This document shows positions 56,169-64,000 of a stretch of DNA of 64,000 bases, piece by piece. A model generated the notes under the pieces. That model did no database searches, was not told the origin of the DNA, and saw only the letters and a list, made by a program, of their open reading frames with translations. A program made the position numbers and the translations under genes. Origin of the DNA: Octopus vulgaris (lineage: Eukaryota); assembly GCA_951406725.2 (NCBI GenBank), contig OX597823.1, positions 57,474,001-57,538,000 of the forward strand, given 5' to 3'. Every line of letters begins with the position of its first letter. The stretch's first letter is position 1.

Positions 56169-56767
56169 AGTTTGTTCCACACGTTTCACGTCAATAGACG
56201 GATGAAGATAGACGGAGAAGTACTTTGGTGTATGCAAGTATTTTATCTGACAAGAGTATACGTTCTTGTATGTGTATGTATGTGGGTGAGGGAGTAGAGA
56301 AACTTTAACAAACGTGTTTATCTATGCGTGTGCTTGTGTGTGTGTGTGTGTATATATATACACACACACACACACATATATATAAATATATATACATATA
56401 TACGAGCACACGTATAGATAAACACGCTTGTTAAAGTATATATGCGCATGGCGGTGTATTTGCGTGTAGGAGTGATTGTATGCGTGTGAATAACAATCTA
56501 TATCGATTAGCATAGCAGGAGAAAGAGATCGACAAACAAATATATAAATTATCGTGAATATTGGAGAATTTTGCCTACAGTGATACTGTGAACACAGTGT
56601 GACTTTATCGATATCTAGAGATGTCGCCAACACACGTACATATGCAAAGATGCACATAGAAACGTACAAAAAGAGACATAGTCACAAATCGCACACACAC
56701 ACACACACTAACACATACACACACGAATACATACGGAATTACAAAGATACACAGATACACATGCATC

Positions 56768-56807
<40 letters not shown>

Positions 56808-56996
56808 CTCAAGCACACAAGTACACATATGCAGTGAAAGCCGCTTATTGCAATCATTTTTCAATGAAATTTGTCTATCTTGATTACAACGATTCTTTGC
56901 TACAAGGAGATAAGACTTCGATAACAATAACCGGTGAATAATGTTCTGTGTGATTTCAATAAAAGGCTTCCACAGCGTTCATATATATATGAACGC

Positions 56997-57222
<226 letters not shown>

Positions 57223-57360
57223 TGTGTGTCTGTGAAACTACTTACCCGCTTCTCACCCTCCCTCCGTTACTCTCTCCCTCTTTATATATGAATATACATA
57301 TGTACGTACGTATGCATAGTTATATTTATATAACTATCTGTTTACGTATGTGTGTGTATG

Positions 57361-57392
<32 letters not shown>

Positions 57393-57944
57393 TATATACT
57401 TACCTACAAACATAGATACATTTATACACACACACAAACACTCACATATATTGCACTAAAATACGTGATGTAGTAGACCAAGAACTGTTCAATAATTTAA
57501 TTGCCCAGTTATTCTCATAAAACAATTTAGAGTTTTTAACACAACCTCTGTATAAACTTCAACAGATGTATTCTAACACATATGACAGCAACGGTTAAAC
57601 TTAGCGCCACTGATGAAACGTAATAACGCCAAAACGTGTCGAGAGTTGTCTGTGGATGAAATATACATACATATATATATATATATATATATGGGTTTTT
57701 CATAGTTGTGGTAAATTTACTATGTATTCAGATTTGAGTTTAAACAGCTCTTTAACCTGTGCAATACAGGTTTCAGGCAGACCAAAGCCGTGTGAGTGGA
57801 TACCTTAGGCAGAAACTAAAAGAAAATCATCATATATATATATACAAACACAAACTTACACACATATGTATATGCCCAATATATATATAAGTATATATAC
57901 ATACATACATACATACAGATATATATGTTTTTTCAAAATGTAAC

Positions 57945-58138
57945 CAGATGTGAATCGTTTGCGATTTTTTTCCTCCGTCTTACTTTCCTATTGGATTTTT
58001 CTCTGTTTCTGAAGAAGATCTTTGCTCGAAACGTTAAACCATTTTTCCTTCCTTTCCTGAGTCTCTGTTAATACTTTACATGCTTCACGTTGTTTTTTTC
58101 TTTTCTTTTCTGTTTTTTCTTCGTTTTACCAGGATTTA
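57945..58138 (+). mobile_element. Penelope-like terminal-repeat fragment with hammerhead-like motif
   Basis: GTTT-CTGAAGA-A-GATC-TTT-GCTC-GAA-ACGT-T-AAAC at about 58005-58039. Related to 61172-61385. Confidence 0.55.
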
Positions 58139-58139
58139 C

Positions 58140-58171
<32 letters not shown>

Positions 58172-59679
58172 TGTATGTATGTATGTATGTATGTATGTAT
58201 GTATGTATAGGTGTAGGAGCATTCCGTCTATTACGACGATGGGAGCCCCAGCTGATTCGATCGACGGAACAGCCTGCTCGTGAAATTAACGTGCAAGTGG
58301 TTGAGCACCCCACGGACACGTATACCCTTAACGCAGTTCTCAGAAAAATTCAGCGTGACAAGGCTGGCCCTTTGAAATACAGGTACTATTCATTTTTGCC
58401 AGCAATATTATATATGCATATATCTCTAAGGGTGTGTGTGTGTATGTATGGTTATGTTAGCTCATCCCCTCGCTTAAAGGCATTGTTGGTGTGCTTACAC
58501 ACCCGTAACTTAGCAAAAGACAAAAATAGCTTAAAGAACAGAGTTTAAAAAATTGGTACTGGGGTCGATTAAAACGTCATTTGAGTAAAACATCATCAAA
58601 GCGGTGCTCCAGTGTGTCCGCGGTTTAATGACTGAAACAAATAAAAGATAAAAATAAATACATGTATAAATACACATGCACGCATACATACAGACACATA
58701 CATACACACGTGCGCATATATTCTTTTATTCTTTTCTTGTTGCTGTCATTTAAGTGCGGCCATGCTGGAGCACCGCCTTAAAGGGTTTTAGTCGAAGAAA
58801 TCGCCCCCAGGTCTTATCCTTTGTAAGCCTAGTACTTAAGCTATCGGCCTCGTTTGCAGAACCGCTAAGTTACGGGGACGTAAACACACCAGCGTCGGTT
58901 GTCAAGCGACAGCAGAGGGACAAACACACACATACACACACCCACACACACATGATGGACTGCTTTCAGCTTCCGTCTACCGAATCCACTCACAAGTCTT
59001 TGGTCGCCCCAAAGCTATAGTAGAAAAGATTTCCCCAAGGTGCCACGCAGTAGAACTGAGCACAAAATCATGTGATTGGGAAGCAAGGATCTTACCACAC
59101 AGCCACCGTATATGGTGGATAAACATTCTTAAATTTTGGATTAAAAAGGTAACCAAGCGTTTTATGCAATGAAGATAAAGGCAATCCACTTAAAAATGTT
59201 GGTAGCCTGTATGTTCTCATCGTGTATTCTCTAGTGGATCGCTTCAAGATTGTGGACATCATATTCCATATGAAACAATCGCTTGCCTTGTTAATCCGAA
59301 AATATAGATTTATTCATCAAATGTGGCATCGAGCACGTATTCTCAATATTCGATGACTTCGTATAAATGTATGTATATATATATATATATATATATATAA
59401 AATCTATCTATCTATATTCTTTTATTCTTGTACTTGTTTCAGTCATTCAGGACTTATACTTTGTAAGCCTGGTACTTATTTTATCGGTTATGGGGACGCA
59501 AACACACCAACATCGGTTGTCAAGTGAGGGTGGGGACACACATACAGACACAAAAACATACACACGCACACACATACATACGACGGGCTTCTTTCATTTT
59601 CCGTCTACCATATCCACACACAAGGCTTTGGTCGGCCCGAGGCTATAGTAGAAATCACTTGTCCATATGTATATATATA

Positions 59680-59739
<60 letters not shown>

Positions 59740-60571
59740 GTCCGCTCTGTGTGTAGCCCCTTGTGGGCAGTAAAGAAATAAGAAACGTTAGCACACCGGG
59801 CGAAGTGCTTAGAGGTATTTCCTCTGCCGTTACCGCATATCGTCTGAGTTCAAATTCCTTCGAGGTCGACTTTGCCTTTCATCCTTTCGAGGTCGATTAA
59901 ATAAGTTCCAGTAGCGCACTGGGGTCGAAGTAGTCGACTTAATCCCTCTGTCTGTTCTTGTACATGTAAGTGGTAAGAAGTAAGGACCCAATTCAATCAT
60001 GAATGACTATGTGACTGCGTCTAGAAATTTCCGCCCCTGTTCGAGGCACAAGCACAGACAAGGTTCTTTATGGAAGACCTGTAGTCGCTCCCCTCTCTAT
60101 GCAACCGATGTTATCCAAGGGAAAGGCAAAGGCCGTTATAGCTTGGCCCCAGTGAAGCCGCAATTTATTTCTGCAGCTGAGTGAATTGGAGCAACGCGAA
60201 ATAGAGTGTCTTGCTCAAGAACACAATAAATACCACGGTCCTGGAATCGAACTCACATTCTTTTCTGATGGTTAAGAGCCTGACGCACTAACCACTCAGA
60301 CATACAGCTTCACCATATACATATATATGAACATATATCAGGTTTCCGTAGTGCTTCTGTGTGTCAAATTTCCCAAAAGTCATTCATTGAGCGTAGGCTA
60401 TTATTGAAGGCTTGAAATGGCGCGGTTTTACAGCATAGCTGTCTTAACTATGCAGCCATGTGGTAAGAAGTTTGCTTTCCAAACACATGTTCCCGGGCGA
60501 GACTCAGCTATAGACTCAGGCCGACAAAGCCTTGTGAGTGGATTTTGTAAACGGAAATTTAAAGAAGCGGG

Positions 60572-61147
60572 GCGTGTGGTCTCCCCATACAAGACAAAAC
60601 ATCTCGAGGATTGAATCACCCCAGAGAGCACTCACTAAACCAATTGAAGGCATGGCTGCTCTCGATTATTGGGATCGCCTTAAAGCCTTGAAACTCTACT
60701 CTCTCCAGCGTCGCTGTGAGCGGTACATCATTTGTACGATATGGAGAATATACCGCCAACTTTGCCCAAACGACCTGAACATTAGCTTCAAGGTTCATCC
60801 AAAACTGGGACCACGGGCCATACGTCCCCTGCCCAATTCAAGATCACAGCATACATGTACACTACAACATAATTTCTTTTCCTCAACAGGCCCTGCCCTA
60901 TTTAACATTGTCCCGAAAGAGATCAAAGAGGAACAGGATCCCATCAAGTTTAAACGGAGTGTGGATAGATTCCTTCAAGGAATACCAGATAAGCCACCCA
61001 TAATTGGATACAACTCACTACTTGAATGGACCATAAACAAAACTTGACTTAAACAGGATTCAAATAATCCTATCAGGTGGTGCTATTAAGTTAGACATGG
61101 CCTGGACCAATCATTGGTCGAAACATATCTAAGTTTATCTAAGTTTA
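60572..61147 (+). mobile_element. CR1-group LINE 3' end, nested in a family A SINE
   Basis: VWSPHTRQNISRIESPQRALTKPIEGMAALDYWDRLKALKLYSLQRRCERY..LFNIVP..FKRSVDRFL is the typical CR1 ORF2 C-terminus. 3' tail (ATCTAAGTTT)2. Host SINE halves lie at 60450-60572 and 61420-61690. Confidence 0.88.
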
Positions 61148-61171
61148 TATATATATATATATATATATATA

Positions 61172-61385
61172 GTTAATCCAAACATGAAAACACAAAGACA
61201 AAACACAACAACGCGAGGACGTGGAACAAATATAGTATTATTGGACGCTCACGAAGGAAGGGAAGAAAGGAGGGATTTACGTTTCGAGCGGAGCTCTTCG
61301 TCAGAAACATAGGAAAAGGAAAGAACCAGAGAAGGGAAGACGGAGGAAAAAAAATCGGCAACAGTATACACGCGGTCACATTTTG
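61172..61385 (-). mobile_element. Penelope-like terminal-repeat fragment with hammerhead motif
   Basis: Minus strand GTTT-CTGACGA-A-GAGC-TCC-GCTC-GAA-ACGT-A at about 61275-61308. Confidence 0.6.
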
Positions 61386-61727
61386 AATGTATATATATAT
61401 ATATTATATATATACATGTGTGTGTGTGTGTGTTTGTGTGTGTGTATTTATGTATATATATATCTATGTGACCGTGTCTTTGTTGTCTTTGTATCTGTTC
61501 TTGGCCCCCACCAATGCCCCGCAACAAGTGTTGGTGTGTTTACGTGTCCGTAATATGGAGTTTCGGCAATAGGGGCCGATAGAATAGATACTAGGCTTTA
61601 CAAAAATGTACTAGGGTCGATTCATTCGACTACAGCAGTTTAAATCGGTGCCCCAGCATGGGCACAGTTAAATGACTGAAACAAATAAAAGACAACAGAT
61701 AAGGTATTTACCAATATATATAGACTC

Positions 61728-61771
<44 letters not shown>

Positions 61772-61964
61772 GTGTGTGTATATATATATATATATATACA
61801 TACATACATATACATGTAATTGTATATATATATATTTTACGTTATATAATGTATATATACCTGCATATATATGTGTGTGTATATAAATATATGCTTGTAT
61901 ATATGTGTGTGTATACATATGTATATAGACATTTATATATACATATATATATATAGATACATAT

Positions 61965-62203
61965 GCATACACACACATATATGTATGTATATATATACGT
62001 ATGTAGACAGGTAGACACTCGCAGACACACACACAGATATATGTATAATTATACATGACCAATCAGTGTGTAGTATCACTCAATTACTTAAGCTGATTGG
62101 TTGGTTGAGCTGATTGGTTTAGGCATCACGCTTTGTTGGACAGGTCAAGAGTCCTGAATAATATTAACGGTAATAATAAAATAATAATGATGATGATGAT
62201 GAT

Positions 62204-62288
<85 letters not shown>

Positions 62289-62766
62289 TAATTATAATAA
62301 TAATAATGATATATTACTATATATATACATGTATGTATGTATGTATGTATGTATGTATGTATGTATGTATGTATGTATGTATGTATGTATGTATGTGTTA
62401 TATTGCAATGCTAAGTATATACATTATCAGACACTTGTCAAGGGTAATGATGTGTTTGGTCTCGATACAACTTTGCTAATGTTTTCTTATGTTTCCTAAT
62501 GTATATGACAAATATTATTCATACAAATGTGTATACATACACTCAGATATATATATATATAGACAGACATATATGTTCATATACACATATCTATAAACAT
62601 GCGTGTAAGTATATAAATATATAATTAGATGATCTATTACATATGTATATAAATATATACACATACGAGTAGATATATGTGTGAATATAATATGTGTGTG
62701 TGTACATACATATATATATATATATACATACAAATAAATGTATGTTATATATATTTACGTTATGTA

Positions 62767-62804
<38 letters not shown>

Positions 62805-63089
62805 GTGAGTGTCAGGGATTTATTATAAATATATAAATATATATATATTTATATATACATATATATATATATATACATATATATAACACACATATATGTA
62901 TGTATATATATACGTATGTAGACAGGTAGACACTCGCAGACACACACACACAGATATATGTATAATTATACATAATATATGTGAACATATATATGTATTT
63001 ATCTATAACTATACACATATTAGGTCTCTATGTAATAATGATAATAATATTAACGGTAATAATAAAATAATAATGATGATGATGATGAT

Positions 63090-63175
<86 letters not shown>

Positions 63176-63658
63176 TAATTATAATAATAATAATGATATA
63201 TTACTATATATATACATGTATGTATGTATGTATGTATGTATGTATGTATGTATGTATGTATGTATGTATGTATGTATGTATGTATGTATGTGTTATATTG
63301 CAATGTAGAGTATACATATAGACACTTGTCAAGGGTAATGATGTGTTTGGTCTCGATACAACTTTGCTAATGTTTTCTTATGTTTCCTAATGTATATGAC
63401 AAATATTATTCATACAAATGTGTATACATACACTCAGATATATATATATATAGACAGACATATATGTTCATATACACATATCTATAAACATGCGTGTAAG
63501 TATATAAATATATAATTAGATGATCTATTACATATGTATATAAATATATACACATACGAGTAGATATGTGTGTGAATATAATATGTGTGTGTGTACATAC
63601 ATACATATATATATATACATACAAATAAATGTATGTTTATATATTTATATGTCTGTGT

Positions 63659-63711
<53 letters not shown>

Positions 63712-63760
63712 GTGAGTGTCAGGGATTTATTATAAATATATAAATATATATATATATACA
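61965..63760. repeat. Near-identical tandem duplication, unit about 890 bp, microsatellite-rich
   Basis: Unique anchors repeat: GTAGACAGGTAGACACTCGCAGAC (about 62002, 62918), GACACTTGTCAAGGGTAATGATG (62430, 63321) and GTGAGTGTCAGGGATTT (about 62805, 63712). Confidence 0.93.
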
Positions 63761-63781
63761 TACGTTCTATATATATATAAC

Positions 63782-63832
<51 letters not shown>

Positions 63833-63858
63833 CAAAAGTATATGGATGCATATATACA

Positions 63859-63913
<55 letters not shown>

Positions 63914-64000
63914 CACATACATATACATATATATATATACAGACATACACACACATATATGTATATATTTATTTTATATATATGTATTTATATCTGTATA

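Noticed and set aside
60538-61047. 169-aa ORF as a host gene
   Set aside because: A SINE-derived start fused to the truncated C-terminus of a CR1-type ORF2.

Overview
AT-rich, microsatellite-laden eukaryotic DNA with no intact host protein-coding gene that I can support. The SINE families and repeat content suggest an octopus or other coleoid cephalopod, probably intronic or intergenic (inference, not database-checked). Most of the window is simple repeats plus dozens of tRNA-headed SINEs built from exchangeable modules. It also holds decayed LINEs (RTE, CR1-like, RLE-type, Penelope-like), DNA transposon relics (Chapaev3, Tigger/pogo, Tc1/mariner) and non-autonomous Helitrons. Nearly all supplied ORFs are microsatellite or SINE read-throughs. 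The most interesting signals are: (1) a set of minimal type I hammerhead-ribozyme motifs from several unrelated Penelope-like terminal-repeat families, including one canonical fold (29763-29817) and one family with an apparent compensatory G3:C8 core swap (7206-7316); (2) several long fold-back palindromes; (3) an antisense 28S rRNA fragment fused directly to a SINE palindrome; (4) all four head/tail combinations of two SINE heads and two SINE tails. All family assignments come from recognised motifs, not searches.
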